From the human T2T-CHM13v2.0 reference genome, Homo sapiens: DNA of 64,000 nucleotides. Positions 39,408-60,055 of this stretch are shown one piece after another. A program made the translations under genes and the position numbers. The notes under the pieces are model-generated. The model was not told the origin of the DNA. It searched no databases and worked only from the letters and a program-made list of their open reading frames with translations. Each line of letters starts with the position of its first letter. The stretch's first letter is position 1. The stretch is from NCBI RefSeq assembly GCF_009914755.1, contig NC_060930.1; one strand, given 5' to 3'.

Positions 39408-39715
39408 TTTTTTTTTTTTTTTTTTTTGTCTTGAGACAAAGTCACTGTGGCCCAGGCTGGAATGCAGTGGTGTGATTACGGTTCACTGCAGCCTCTACCT
39501 CCCCGGCTCAGGTATTATCCAATCTCAGCCTCCCAGAATAGCTGGGGCTGCAGGCATACACCACCATGCTCAGCTAATTTTTGTATTTTTTGTACAGACG
39601 CAATTTCACCATGTTACCCAGGCTGGTCTGGCACTCCTTGGCTCAAGCAATAGCAGTCTGCCTGCTGCAACTCTCCAAGTGCTGGGATTACAGGTATGAG
39701 CTACCAAGCCAGGCC
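39408..39715 (-). mobile_element. AluJ
   Basis: Diverged Alu dimer. Confidence 0.9.
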
Positions 39716-39751
39716 ATGACTTTTTTTTTTTAACCCAAACAACTCCAGTAG

Positions 39752-40110
<359 letters not shown>

Positions 40111-40481
40111 AAGGTTCTTAATTATTGGTGTTAGTGAATATGAAGTATACATCTTAAAATTTATAGTTCAGTATTCTATTTTTCTCAGAGAAGTGGTAGA
40201 GAAGCATTACAGAAGTACTTGTGCAACAGTATCTTATGCATCATCTTATTTGATTCTCACTGGAATTCCATATAATAGCTGTTAGTAACATTCTCATTTT
40301 ATAGGCGAAGAAACTGGGGTTCAGCAAAATATCCAGTTCAAGTTATCAAACTAGTAAATTGCACAATGCAGCTCTTTTGACTTTGCACTAGATATTAGGG
40401 ATCAGTAATGTAAACCAGGAAGAGAGAATGTTTCCTTGAGAGCTCCCACTCACCCTGATAATTTTTCTAGTTTCACCTTGA

Positions 40482-40883
<402 letters not shown>

Positions 40884-41364
40884 TCTGCTGGTGTTTTTAG
40901 ATTTCAGAGGGAGAGATTGTGTTGCAAGCAGCAGTTGAGAAGCCGGCATGACGGTGAAATCCGTCTGTGTTCAAGAGTTTTACTTGTCAGATTTTAATGG
41001 ATGGCGTCATTATCTCTAAGGAACTCCCAAAAGATGATACATAGCAATACTCATAGAGTCCCTATTCTGCAGCAAAAGAAAAATGATTTTCAGATCATCC
41101 TTTCATCTCCTCTCTTCTTCAAGTCAGATATCCAAGAAAGTTTGGGCAGACTCACAATTCCTAAATTGAAAACCCTGAATCCCTGAATTGAAGATTTCCC
41201 TGTGGCTTTCACCTTGCTTTGTCTCTGCATTTAGGCCTCTCCCTTTCTATAGGTATGAGAGAAAAGAAACTCTATGCAATGACATGCTCTTTATTCATAG
41301 CTCTAGCTCTTATTCTGCTCTGTCTACTTTGGACTGTGATGACCCTCTAGGGACTCTACTTGCT

Positions 41365-41994
<630 letters not shown>

Positions 41995-42151
41995 TCTTCT
42001 TGTTATTTTTGACGGGCCTATGCCAGGCCAGAGGTAGGCCTAAGTGACCTGGTTCATGCCTTCCTTCCCACATCCCAGGATTGGGTCCTACTAGCTTTCT
42101 GGATCTCACCACTCTAATAGAGGGAACAAGACCCTCTTTTCTAAAAGCCTA

Positions 42152-42480
<329 letters not shown>

Positions 42481-42786
42481 AATTTTAAAACAAGTCTAGA
42501 GCAGAACTGGGCCAAACTGCATGTGCTTTTCTTCTTTGCCTTGGGTTTGAACTCAGCCTGCCTTCCTGTGATGTGGGTTTCTTTCATTGGGAGATTTCTT
42601 GAGCCCCTGATTTTCAGTACTGGCCTGGAAGGACGAAGAGAACTCAAGCTTTCTTTAATATTCCACACCAGAAGTTTCATAGCCTATGCAAGGCCTGGAC
42701 CTACACCTGCACAACAACTTTTTGGTGTAAAGAGTGAATCCCGGATATTACAGTGGGTGAGCTGAGCTATTAGAATGTGTAATGGG

Positions 42787-43169
<383 letters not shown>

Positions 43170-43310
43170 TCAGAACACCCAAAGGTGGGCAGTTATTTGA
43201 ACTCAGGCTTTGTTTGGTGACCCCCATGAGTCCTGACCTCATTATCTTTAGCCCTCACCACAAATTGATATTCTAGAAAGCTATCTCTTCCTGCCTGCCC
43301 CGCCTCCTAG

Positions 43311-43464
43311 AAATACATCACACTGCGTTAGCACAGTCAGGATGCTAGTCCCTGATGGCTGATCATTGTAGTGCCCATTGGAGGTTGGCATGATTAGTTA
43401 TGTGACAACCCTGCTGAAATGCCACCTACTATATTTGGTCTCAGCGATTAAACGAAAAGAGATG
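43311..43464 (+). other. Candidate internal exon (154 nt)
   Basis: Pyrimidine-rich acceptor ctatctcttcctgcctgccccgcctcctag| and donor ATG|GTAAGG in unique sequence. Confidence 0.5.
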
Positions 43465-44418
43465 GTAAGGCAACAAAAATTATCAGCATATATTTTCAGC
43501 TTCTTTGAGTTTTGCAGATTAGTATAGTTCAAAGGATAGACAAATTCACTTGTTTTCATTTTGTCTTTAAGATAAATAAATTTTGGTACTTTCTTAATAA
43601 GTGTTCAGCATTTATCCCAGTGTGGGAATTTTGGTGAAAGTTCATGGAATGTTTTTCTTCAAAAATTTCCATCAGGAGGTCTGACTCCTCAGCCAAATTC
43701 AAAATTCTCACTTTACTGTAATGATGGAGCTGCTATACCTAAATATATTGCATAGGTTTCTAGACAAATGGCTGTAAGATAAATAAGCAAAGAAGAGGAA
43801 GAAGTATCATGATATCCTAATGCCAAGTTCTCGCTCTGCGGTATGACCTCTGGAGTTCCTAGAGTTTGTGTGATCTGAGGCTTCAGAAGCCAGGAATGGG
43901 AGTTTGGCTAACCCGCATTTTTAGATCTCCTTTGGAACATGGGAGTCAATCCAGGTGCCTGGAAAATGGGCTCGAACATCCGAGGTCCCCAGCAGATGAC
44001 AGCTTCATCTTATTTTCTGCCTCCTTTCTCTGCATCAACTTAGGTTACTATTTACCTATTGATTCTGACTTTATGCAAATTTTATGACGTGGTCCACAGA
44101 TTCAAATAGTCTGTCTTTTCACATCCCAGCCTTCAGTGTTCCTCGGCCTCAACTCTGCCTGCTCTTACCCTGATACTGCTTCTCGTCTTTGGTTCTTGCC
44201 TTCTTTAGACCTTGATTCTCATGGCTGGCCAATTTCAGTGGATCTTGGCCAGCCTCAGTGGTCTCAGGTTCTGCCTCCTGTTCTTACAGAATAATCTTGG
44301 ATCCTAACACGTTGCTAAACATCCAAAGGCAGCCAGTAGATTTCCAAAACCGGAACTCTCCGTTTGCTATCACCTCTGCCCTTCTCCAGGGTATTGCATT
44401 GATTCAAATGCTATAAAT

Positions 44419-44974
44419 CAGGGGTCCCTAACCCCAGGCCATGGACCGGTACCTTCACTTGCTTACCCACCACTCACTTCCTGTTCTGTGGCCTGTTAGG
44501 AATCGGGCCACACAGCAGAGGGTGAGCAGCAAGCAGGCAAGCCAGCCAAGCTTCATCTGTGTTTACAGCCGCTCCCCATCACTCACATTACTGTCTGAGC
44601 TCCATCTTCTGTCAGATCGGCAGTGGCATTAGATTCTCATAGGAGCATGAACCTGGTGAGCTGCACATGAGAGGGACCTAGGTTGCATGCTCTTTATGAG
44701 AATCTAATGCTTGATGATCTGTCACTGTCTCTCATCACCCCAAATGGGACCATCTAGTTGTAGGAAAACAAGCTCAGGGCTCCCACTGATTCTACATTAT
44801 GGTGAGTTGCATAATTATTTCACTATGTATTACAACGTAATAGTAGAAATAAAGAACACAATAAATGTAATGCACTTGGATCATCCTCAAACGATCCCCC
44901 CACCTCCCACTGTTCGTGGAAAAATGGTCTTCCACAAAACCGGTCCATGCTGCCAAAAAGGTTGGGGACTGCTG
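44419..44974 (+). mobile_element. MER1A (hAT-Charlie non-autonomous DNA transposon), full length
   Basis: Termini caggggtccctaacc ... ggttggggactgctg; perfect 8-bp TSD ctataaat (44411-44418, 44975-44982). Confidence 0.92.
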
Positions 44975-45050
44975 CTATAAATGACATCCTGAAAGTATGG
45001 GAGTAGACCCTCTCAATTATCTAAAAAGTATTAAGCTATTCTGAGTACCC

Positions 45051-45395
<345 letters not shown>

Positions 45396-45831
45396 TCACC
45401 AGGCCCTCTAGGCCAGGCTGTGAGATGTCTGGTGGTTAAAGTTTAACTTAAAAAAAAAAAAACTCATTGAATATGGACTCATTTATTATATTTGTTTTGG
45501 TTTTTAAAGATTCACAGGACACTCATTGACAAAACTCAACAGAACTAATCTTTTGACAAGTGTATATTTCATGTATCCGAAGACACAGTAACTGTGATTT
45601 AATGTGCAATCCACTACAAAATAATATTTGAGTTTTAACAGTGGGCTTTTGTCCAAGGAGGAAATGTGAGGAATTTTAGGCACTGTGACGTGTCCTGTAG
45701 AGTGATAATTTGGGGCAGCAGAAACCTTTCTATGTCTCTTTGGTCTTATAAAGTCATTGCTCACTACAGCCGTGAAAAGACTGGCCCCAAGCCAAACAAC
45801 AACAACAAAAAAATAGCAACAAAAACCCCTG

Positions 45832-46141
<310 letters not shown>

Positions 46142-46476
46142 TCATAATGAGGTGGAACAGAAATGGAACGGAGCTTCAGTGAAATAAAGATGATATAAGC
46201 AGGAGGCCATTCAAAGCAGCTGCAATGATAAATACTATAGGGCTTACAGAAGCCCTTCAGAGGCTCACACAATCGTTTGAGAACATCTGGGAGACAGTAA
46301 GCCTCATCAGGTCCCAGGAGGACCATTCCCATTTAGGCAGCATGGATCGTATTCCCTGAACGCAGGCGGAAGGAGTTTTGATACCATATAGTTTAGTACC
46401 TATTTATCCTGTGCTGCTTTGCTTGGTTTTCAGTTTCATGGCTGGGATCCCCCACTCCCCATAGAAGCTCGGGAAC

Positions 46477-46911
46477 TGTGAGCTGGATAAAGGCCTCCTC
46501 CCAAAAGACCAGGTTCTAATATCTGGAACTTTTGAACGTTGCCATAAAGGAACATGGTCTTTGCAGATGTGATTAAATTAAGAATCTTGATGTAGAGAGG
46601 TTATCCTGGGTGACCTGGGATATCCAATCACAAGTATCCTTATAAGAGACAGGCAGGAGATCATCTTCACAGAGCACATGTAAGACAGAGGCACAGATTG
46701 GAGTGATGTGGCCACAAGCCAAGGAATGCCAGAGAATGCCAGCAGCCACCACAAGCTAGAAGAGGCAAGGAACAGATTCCACAAACAGATTCTACCCCTG
46801 AGCCTTCAAGGGGAACGTGGCCCTGCAGAGAGCATGAGGGAGTAAGTTTATGTTGTTTTAAGCCACAGAGTTTGTGATAATTTGTCCTAGCAGCCCTAAG
46901 AAATTAATACA
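46477..46911 (+). mobile_element. MLT1C/D MaLR LTR
   Basis: ctttgcagatgtgattaaattaag...gccacaagccaaggaatgcc...agctagaagaggcaaggaacagattc...gcagccctaagaaattaataca. Confidence 0.85.
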
Positions 46912-47265
46912 GGCTGTAAATTTTCTGAGAGGTGGGGTGATGTGTTCCCTGTTCCTGTCTTCTGCACAGTATGCATGTTTCTGCACAGAACAGGCACTCA
47001 AATACCCGAGTGCTTGAACTGACTTGACTTCTTCACTGGTTCAGAAATTCAGAGCCTAAAGATTTGGATATAAAATTTTATTGGAAGAACAGTGAGACCA
47101 GTAAGATCTGAGCATTCATTTGCAAAAGAAGAAATTAATGCCCCTGAGGTTAGTCCCTTAGAGTTTATTGCCTCTTGAAGCTGAGATTTATACCACGTTT
47201 TAATGTAGCAATTTTTTTTTTGCCTTGCTGGAATATTAATAATACCATGAAGAAAACTTCATCTA

Positions 47266-47578
<313 letters not shown>

Positions 47579-48237
47579 CTAGCAGGGACCAGAAAAGCAA
47601 GTCATTCAAGGCGGTGGCTTGGTGTCTTAATTAGATACTACCTTGGTGCTTGCTTTCTCTTCGTTTGCACTGACGGTATCTAAATGACAGTGTTCTGGGA
47701 TTTCTGGATCAGACACAAAATGTCTTCTGCTCAAATCTTCCATGAAATGTAATTTTGAAACCATGAGCTTGGTTCTTACTCAAGCAGAACTCTTAGCGTA
47801 TTTACTGGGACTTCAGCTGAATTGGAATGGAATTGTGAGATCACATTCCTTTGGAAATATAAACAGTTTGTTTTTACGTATAAGGAAGCCACATAAAAGT
47901 ATCTAGAATTTTAGCTCAGTAGACTGGTTGGTGATTTGGTGATGAACATTATTCTTTTCAATATTATGGCCATTTTATTTATTTTTTTAACAGGCATTTT
48001 GTTTTTCTTTGGTAGGGAAATAAGTTCTCTTCTAGACCATCTTTCATCTAGGAAGCTCAGTTCATTGTAAAGCCAAGTAGGAGTAACAATAAACTGCTAG
48101 AACATTTTACCAATATTGTTAAACTAATGGCAAAGGAAAGGGAAGCTACATGCAAGATTGTGGTTAGTGTGTTGATAATTTTGTGTTTGTTGTGATCTGG
48201 AGCATAGGTAAGGGTTTCTTTACAGATTTACTGTGAA

Positions 48238-48361
48238 TTTTTTTTTTTTTTTTTACGGAGCAGAGAGTTTAATAGGCAAGAAAAAAGGGGGAAGAAAGAA
48301 AGAAGAAGCTCCCCTGTACAGAGACGGGGCAGGGGGCTCCAAAGCCGAGAGAGGGAACCCC
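48238..48361 (-). mobile_element. Poly(A)-tailed, 5'-truncated retrocopy of an ERV1 (MER61/LTR9-type) LTR 3' end
   Basis: T17, then ~107 nt similar to 12489-12590; ATTAAA on the minus strand 13 nt before the tail; flanking gtgaa direct repeat. Confidence 0.75.
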
Positions 48362-49065
48362 GTGAAATTTATTTTTTAAAGCACTTATATTATTACCTGA
48401 TGCCACATAGAAATGTTAATATGCTAGTAGACTTCGCAAGATTTAGTCACTTTCATTGTTTTTAGTAAGAAACTGTAGCAGACATTTACGATAGTATGGC
48501 TAAAGTAAAATCAGTTAATCTCCACCTTGGCTTTGCAGGAGAGTGAGGGTTAGATTTGAAAGAGACTTTTCCCTCATTGAATTGAACTTGTATTTGACCT
48601 TATATTCTGATGAAGGTTGAAATTGACATTAGGCAGTTTTGCTTTAAGTCAACCCACCTCACATGTTGAAATAATGAGGTCTTTGCCTTGATGTTAACTC
48701 CATCCCCTTCACTCTCTGCCATATTTAAAATGTGCTCCAATGCCATTTAGTTTTTACTATTAATAGTTATACAGCCTTATTACCGAAGTATTAAGTGGTA
48801 TGATTGGGTCATCATCTAAAAGATTCCTTACAAAATTCTCTAAAGACAGGCCCATGTGCCAGACATTGTATTATTTTGCCTGGAACATAGCAGTTGCTCA
48901 ATAAATAATTATTTGTTGCCTGAATGAATTCATGATTTAATCACTGAAATCAACAAGTTTTGATGTCAGTGAAGCCTTAACCAGCAATTTGGATGTCCTG
49001 GGCTGTCATATCAATCTAGTAACTCATCTTCTGGTGCGCAGAAAAGTGTTCATCAACAGTTTATT

Positions 49066-49357
49066 CGGTGCTGTCCAAGAGAAATAGAATGTGGGCCACA
49101 AATGTGAGCCACAGATGTCATTTTAAGTTTTCTAGTAGCTACGTTTAAAACAAAAAGAAACAGGTGAAATTATTTTTAGTAAAATATTTTAACTCAATAT
49201 ATTGAAAATATAATTTCAACATAAAATGAAAATAAATGTATTTTATATATGTACTATGCATATTTCATATTTAACAATATATCTCAATTTGGCCCAGCCT
49301 CATTTCAAATGCTCAAAATCCACATATGGCTGCCAGTGGCTACCATATTGGGCAGCC
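49066..49357. mobile_element. MER33/MER3-like hAT-Charlie element
   Basis: gtgctgtccaagagaaatagaatgtgggccac...ttttctagtagc...gtggctaccatattgggcagc. Confidence 0.75.
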
Positions 49358-49703
49358 TACATTTACACCATCTGGAGGCTCCAATTCTAAGTAATTATTT
49401 TTGCTAACTAGATGGAAAACTCAGATTTTATAAGCTATTGAGTGTGATATGTGTTATCCTATCAGTGTGCAACTAAAACAAAAATTACACAATTAAAAAA
49501 ATTGTTCTTTAGAGATTGTGTAAAAAGTGTAATGCCCCCTAAATTTTAGGGGCCATGGCAAAACTTCCATTGTTCTAAGATTCAGATTTTCTCTTGTGTT
49601 ATTGTGGGGCAAGTTACTTATCCTTTCTTGAGCCTCAGCTCCCTCTTCTGTAAAATGGGGTTACTGTTTGTCTCAGGATGTAGAGATAACATTTGCAAAG
49701 GTT

Positions 49704-50034
<331 letters not shown>

Positions 50035-52112
50035 TAGCTACTCATTGTTAGCCGTAATTAGTTCTTATTTAGTATTTTCTTCTGCATGCAAAACTTCAGA
50101 GAAAAAAATGGGTTCTTTCCTATAGATGCTCGTCTTCTTTTCCTAATAGTTGTTCCACAGGCAACTCCTCATTATGGCAAGAATTTCCTGTGATTCTTTG
50201 ATGAAAATGAGATAATTGAATTTTGTTTAAATTAGTTCAACATGGGCGACTCCAGGTAGTTCCTGCACAGGGGGCCCATGAAGGATGCCAAGAAAACTGA
50301 AGAAGGGTTAACTTGGGTTAACTTGTGAGGTATTGAACTGAATTTGGAGACTCTGTTAATGCATTTCTATTAAACTTATATCAACATTACGCCAAGATCA
50401 GTAATCTAGCAGGGAAAGGTGATCATGGTAGAGAAATGCTTTTAGATATAGCTAGACTTCATTCTGCTTAAGGCCTATCCAACTCTTTTCCGATGTAATA
50501 AACTTTGAGAATATGAAATTAGTGACAGGAAAATGTTTTTAGCCATTGTTTATCTTGCTTTGGTTAAGTGAGACAAATAATGAGAAATCACTGGAGCTAA
50601 AATTTCTTATAGTATGTTATTTACCAAAGCTCACCTAGGCAGGGTCAAATACTTGTTTTTTTGTTTTTAGATGATGTTAATATGTTTGGAGTATAGGATT
50701 TCCGCCAGCAGTTCCTAAGAATTTTTGCATAACTTAAAGACTTTTTTTTTTTTTGGCAAATAGTTGTTGATTTTAATTCTAAGTAAGATAATCTTCATGA
50801 TAAAGAGTGGTGAGCAAAGGCTTGTCCTCGGAGACCTACTGTCGCTTGGCTATTACTTTCACCTCTTTCATTGCTTGTGGAAAAACCCTTATCCAGGGAA
50901 GAATTAATAACTTCAACAATACTATCAAAGGAGGGCCTAAAATTAAAAAAAAAAAAGAAACAAAAAAGTTGTGAAACAACAACAACAACAATACTTGGCA
51001 AACTCCTGACAGACTTAGGGAGAATATTATGATATTGAGGCTGCTGTTGACTAAGGCTCTCCTATTGTTAATATAAAAAAATCTTTTGTCTAGTAGTATT
51101 AAACCTTGACCCCCACACAGCGGAACTTTGGAAAAGAATTGTTAACTCCTTTGCTGAAAACAGAGTTCTAGAATGTTTTAGCAAAAGCAACATATCTTTT
51201 ACTAAATATTATATTTTCCAATAAAATGAATAAAGAGAATGCTTTTTTTTTGCTTTTCATATTTACATAAATTGAAAAAATTCCCCCAAAATACGAAAAA
51301 CTGGCCCTTGCATTTTTTACGTTGCTCAATGTGGGTAACTGTTTAGTGGAAGTAGACATTCACTTAAATGGGGAAAATGGAGAATGGACAATTCATTAAA
51401 TGGAGGAAAATAAAGCCTTATTTTTTAAATGTTGCTGATAAAATATTTGGGTACTTAATGATGCTGAATCAAGACCACTCTGAATACAAGTGGTTTCCCT
51501 TTTCTCTGAATGCCTGGTTGTACAAATCATAGGTTTTGCTTGTTTTTGGGTAGGGGAAGGTTGGCAAGCCTAATGTGGTTTCTTTGAGAGCAATCTGTCT
51601 GAGGGGTCCCCTTTGCTGTGGGGGTGAGGGCATTTGACTTCTCTAATCTTTTCTTGGTCATAGCTCCTCTTAATGGCAATGTTTTTAAACTCTTCTTTGA
51701 GAGAGAATATATTCCGAGTCTGATTTTGCAGTGCACTTTCTCCTGTGTAGAATGCTCATGAGAAGGGAACCATCTCTGCAGAACTTCTAGAACAAGTTTT
51801 TCTTCCTGTGGTATTGAAAAGGATGGATTGGATGGGTGCATATTTTCCCTTCTATGGAAACAAGAACTCTGTAGGGTTCCTGTGAATCAGGAAGCCGTTA
51901 CAAAGCTACAAGTATGACGGCCAGTTTTTAAAAAATGAAGTACGTATAGTTTATTTAGGGGAAAAAGAAGGAAAAGAAAAGAGCTGGAAATAGTAATATT
52001 TGCTTTCAAAATAGAAATATGAGCCTGAAAATAGAAATATTTGCTTTTCTGTATTTACATACACATCTGGTTTTTCATTTATTTTGTGTGTAAAGAAACC
52101 TAATAGGTGTGA

Positions 52113-52427
<315 letters not shown>

Positions 52428-53441
52428 GATTGCGCTTTTTAAACCTTGGTTTCAGCTTTGATGTGACAGTGCTTGGGAATAGAATAATTTTCCTCCTTGG
52501 GCTTGAGCTCTGTTAATCATTTGGTAAAGATCTTTCATTGTCAAAAAAGCCAAGAGGCAGGCCTAGTTAATATTTGCAAACCGAGGAAATATTTATTACA
52601 TGAAATATTGTTCCACTGATGGGTTAGTGGAAAATTCTGGGATAAGATCATTTCTTTCATGACTAATGAAGAACTGTATCTTAATTACTTTTCTAGAGGG
52701 TTTTTTTTTGGTTTTCTGATCATGGATTTGAGATTCAATTTTTATACTAAATGATGACGATGGTTAATATCAACTTTTTTTTAGCTTAGAGATACCTGGT
52801 TTATTTAATAAGTTAACAGGGTTTCATTCTCAATAATAGTGTGACTATAGACCGCTGGGCAGCAGACTTTATTGAACCAATAAAACTTTATTTGCTTGCT
52901 CTTAAAAGCTCCGTTGGAAAGACCTGGGGGTAGGCTGGACACAGTTATTTAACACAGAATTTCTAATACCTTTCTTTGTAATGAAAAAGGGCCAATTTAC
53001 TTACTGGCTGTGAGCTGTAAAAGCATTTCCATTGATGTTAATGTGGGCTTGACTCCCTCAGAGTTGGTTCATTCCAGAAATGGTTCTTGGATCTTGAGAG
53101 TGGGGAGGGTGGTTCTTCCCAGCAAAGCTGAGTGACTTGCCCAAGGGCTTGTGATAGAGCCTTGTAGACAGTGCCCTTACTTGCCTTTGTGATTTGAATG
53201 ATCATCCAAGGGAAAGTAGAATCAGTTTTAAGGAATATTTCAAATTAGCAAAATTGGAATATCCCCGGAAGGCTGGGTTCTACGTTTTATCATGAAGAAT
53301 TGGTCAGACACCAACATTTTTGAGTGCCAGAGACTTGCAATAGGATGTCTTACAAATGTTATGTGTATTTTGATAGGCTAAGGTTTTTGTAGCCACCACT
53401 GCATGCAGTGTAAACACTCCATGAATTATTAGGTTTTCCTA

Positions 53442-55124
<1,683 letters not shown>

Positions 55125-55230
55125 CTGTCTATAAACATTTTAAAATGCTGCAACACAGACTCCTCATTTGTCACTATAATACTGAGTACTGAGTGTGTGG
55201 ACCTGTAAGGGTCTCTTTTTCTCTTTTTAG

Positions 55231-55435
55231 TTACAGGGCTTGACGTTTCTAGGACTAACCAAGGAAGATGCAGTTGGTTGTGAATCACTTCTTCCCATGC
55301 TGAAATGGCAAGTTTATGACACTAAAGATGCAGTCCAACAGAGTAGTCACTGTGCTCAGCATCAGTATTTTTTTTTGCCTCCATCATCTTGCTGAAACAG
55401 CATTGGTGTAATAAAAATGAACCTCTACACCTCTT
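55231..55435 (+). other. Candidate terminal exon with poly(A) signal (3' end approximate)
   Basis: Acceptor gtctctttttctctttttag| (alternative in-frame AG at 55235-55236); AATAAA 55410-55415; GT/T-rich sequence downstream. Confidence 0.45.
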
Positions 55436-56218
55436 TAAAGTGCTTTGGATTTGGACAAATTTATGTTTTATCAAAGGTTAATCCTGACAAATTATAGTCA
55501 ATGATTTCTGGAAGGTCTGCTACAGGTGCAGTTGAATTAATTGTATACTGTGCATAGCCGGATGTATACTTTAGGAAAGATTTACTGCATTTTTTGTGGC
55601 AAAAGTAGAACTAGAAAACTGGGGATGCCCAGTAAAACCACAGTGGGACCAGGAGCTTGACCCTACTGTGCAGATAAATGATGTTCATGAAAGGTTAAGT
55701 TAGAGCTCTAATGTTCCTCATTGCAGCACTCTACTGCTACCTCTGCCTAAAAGACAAAATGAAAAGGGGAAAAGTCACAAAGGCAGGGAAAAAACAGGTA
55801 ACACTAGAGTTGTGACTTTTACCCGCTTTTTCATTTTCTGTTTTTGGTGGGAAGGTGAAACCTCTATTCATTTATCTGCTGGAAAGAAGTCTTCTTTGTG
55901 TTTTCAAGACAGGCGCTTCTACCCATTGTTTCTAGAAGCAGGAGAAACTTTATTTCTCTAGTTCGGGGATCGCCCAGATGCAAAAGAGGACGAAATGAGA
56001 AGTGAGCCTTGAGAGAGGAATATAAATCAGTGTTACAAACAAACAAACAAGAGTATTGAGCACATAGCTGCTCAAGATGGCTTGACAAATGAATAAATTA
56101 TGTAGGTGCAGCCCTGTGTTAAATAAAGGAGTTTATACTCTGAGACACACACATGACAGACACAACAGCAAATCTTGAACATGTGCATAGAAGTTTCTGA
56201 ACTTTCCACAGAGAATGG

Positions 56219-56875
<657 letters not shown>

Positions 56876-57289
56876 AAAATGGTTACACTTACCCTTTGAT
56901 ACTAACACTCATACCTTTTTCTCATTTCCCTCAACTATTTTTGTAAGTATCTAAGAAGCCAGAATTTTCAATGTTTTGATATTTCTCTTATAGTTTTCTG
57001 TTAATTTGCAAATTTGGCGACATCACTTCTTGTTTTCTGGTAGTCTTTATTGGTCTGATATTGAACAGAACAGTGAGTAGAAATAGGAAAAAGAAACCTT
57101 CTGAAGTAGGAAGTGCGGGGTCAATTCTTATAAAGAGCATCATCACCATCAAACATTTACTGAATATCTGCCCTGTCAACCCTTTCAGATGGTTCTGAGG
57201 TCAACGGAGTGTCTGCTGAGTAAATAACTCTTGGGTGAAAAAGAAAGCATAAGAATATCATCTCTTGGGTATATATTTTTTTCATAAAC

Positions 57290-57580
<291 letters not shown>

Positions 57581-57584
57581 TTTA

Positions 57585-58760
<1,176 letters not shown>

Positions 58761-58775
58761 TTTAAAGTAATCACG

Positions 58776-58923
58776 GGCTGTGGGCGGTGGCTCACACCTG
58801 AAATCCTAGCACTTTGGGAGTCCAAGGCCGTCGGATCACTTAAGCCCTGGGAGGTCAAGGCTGCAGTGAGCTGTGATGGCGCCACTGCACTCCAGCCTGG
58901 GTGACAGAGCAAGATCCTGTTTA

Positions 58924-58954
<31 letters not shown>

Positions 58955-59075
58955 TAAATTATATATATATATAATTTATATATATATAAATATATATATA
59001 TAAATTATATATATAAATATATATAAATATATATATAAATATATATAATATGTATATATATAATAATAATAAAAT
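58776..59075 (+). repeat. Alu monomer (FAM/FRAM-like) whose tail is a ~140-bp (TA)n-rich microsatellite
   Basis: TSD taaagtaatcacgg brackets the monomer plus the AT tract. Confidence 0.88.
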
Positions 59076-59470
59076 AAAGTAATCACGGCCACCAATCCAT
59101 CACTGGTGTCCTCAAAAACTCTTCCAAGTCTTAAGCAAATAAATAATGAATTGATCTTTCTGCAGCTTAAGGCTAAGGTGAAGAGTTGGTTTGTTTTGGA
59201 TATTTTAAGTTTATGCTTATTAAGAGAATCCTCACTCTCAGAAGTGTTCCAGTTTAGATGATTAATTTATAGTCACCCTATTTATATCCATCATCTCTTC
59301 TGCATTATTTAAAGCTTTTCTATCTGAAATCACTCATTCATTTGTTCTATCATTGCTGAGGTCTTACTCTATGCCAGGTAGTGGGATAAGTACTGGGGAT
59401 GTAAAGATGTATACGATATCCCTCCCCCTAAAAATCTTAAGTGTTGTGGAAGAAACAGAGTCTAGAACTA

Positions 59471-60055
<585 letters not shown>

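Noticed and set aside
43321-43436. Two-hairpin structure as an H/ACA snoRNA or pre-miRNA
   Set aside because: No ANANNA hinge or terminal ACA, the stems are imperfect, and no known mature miRNA was recognised
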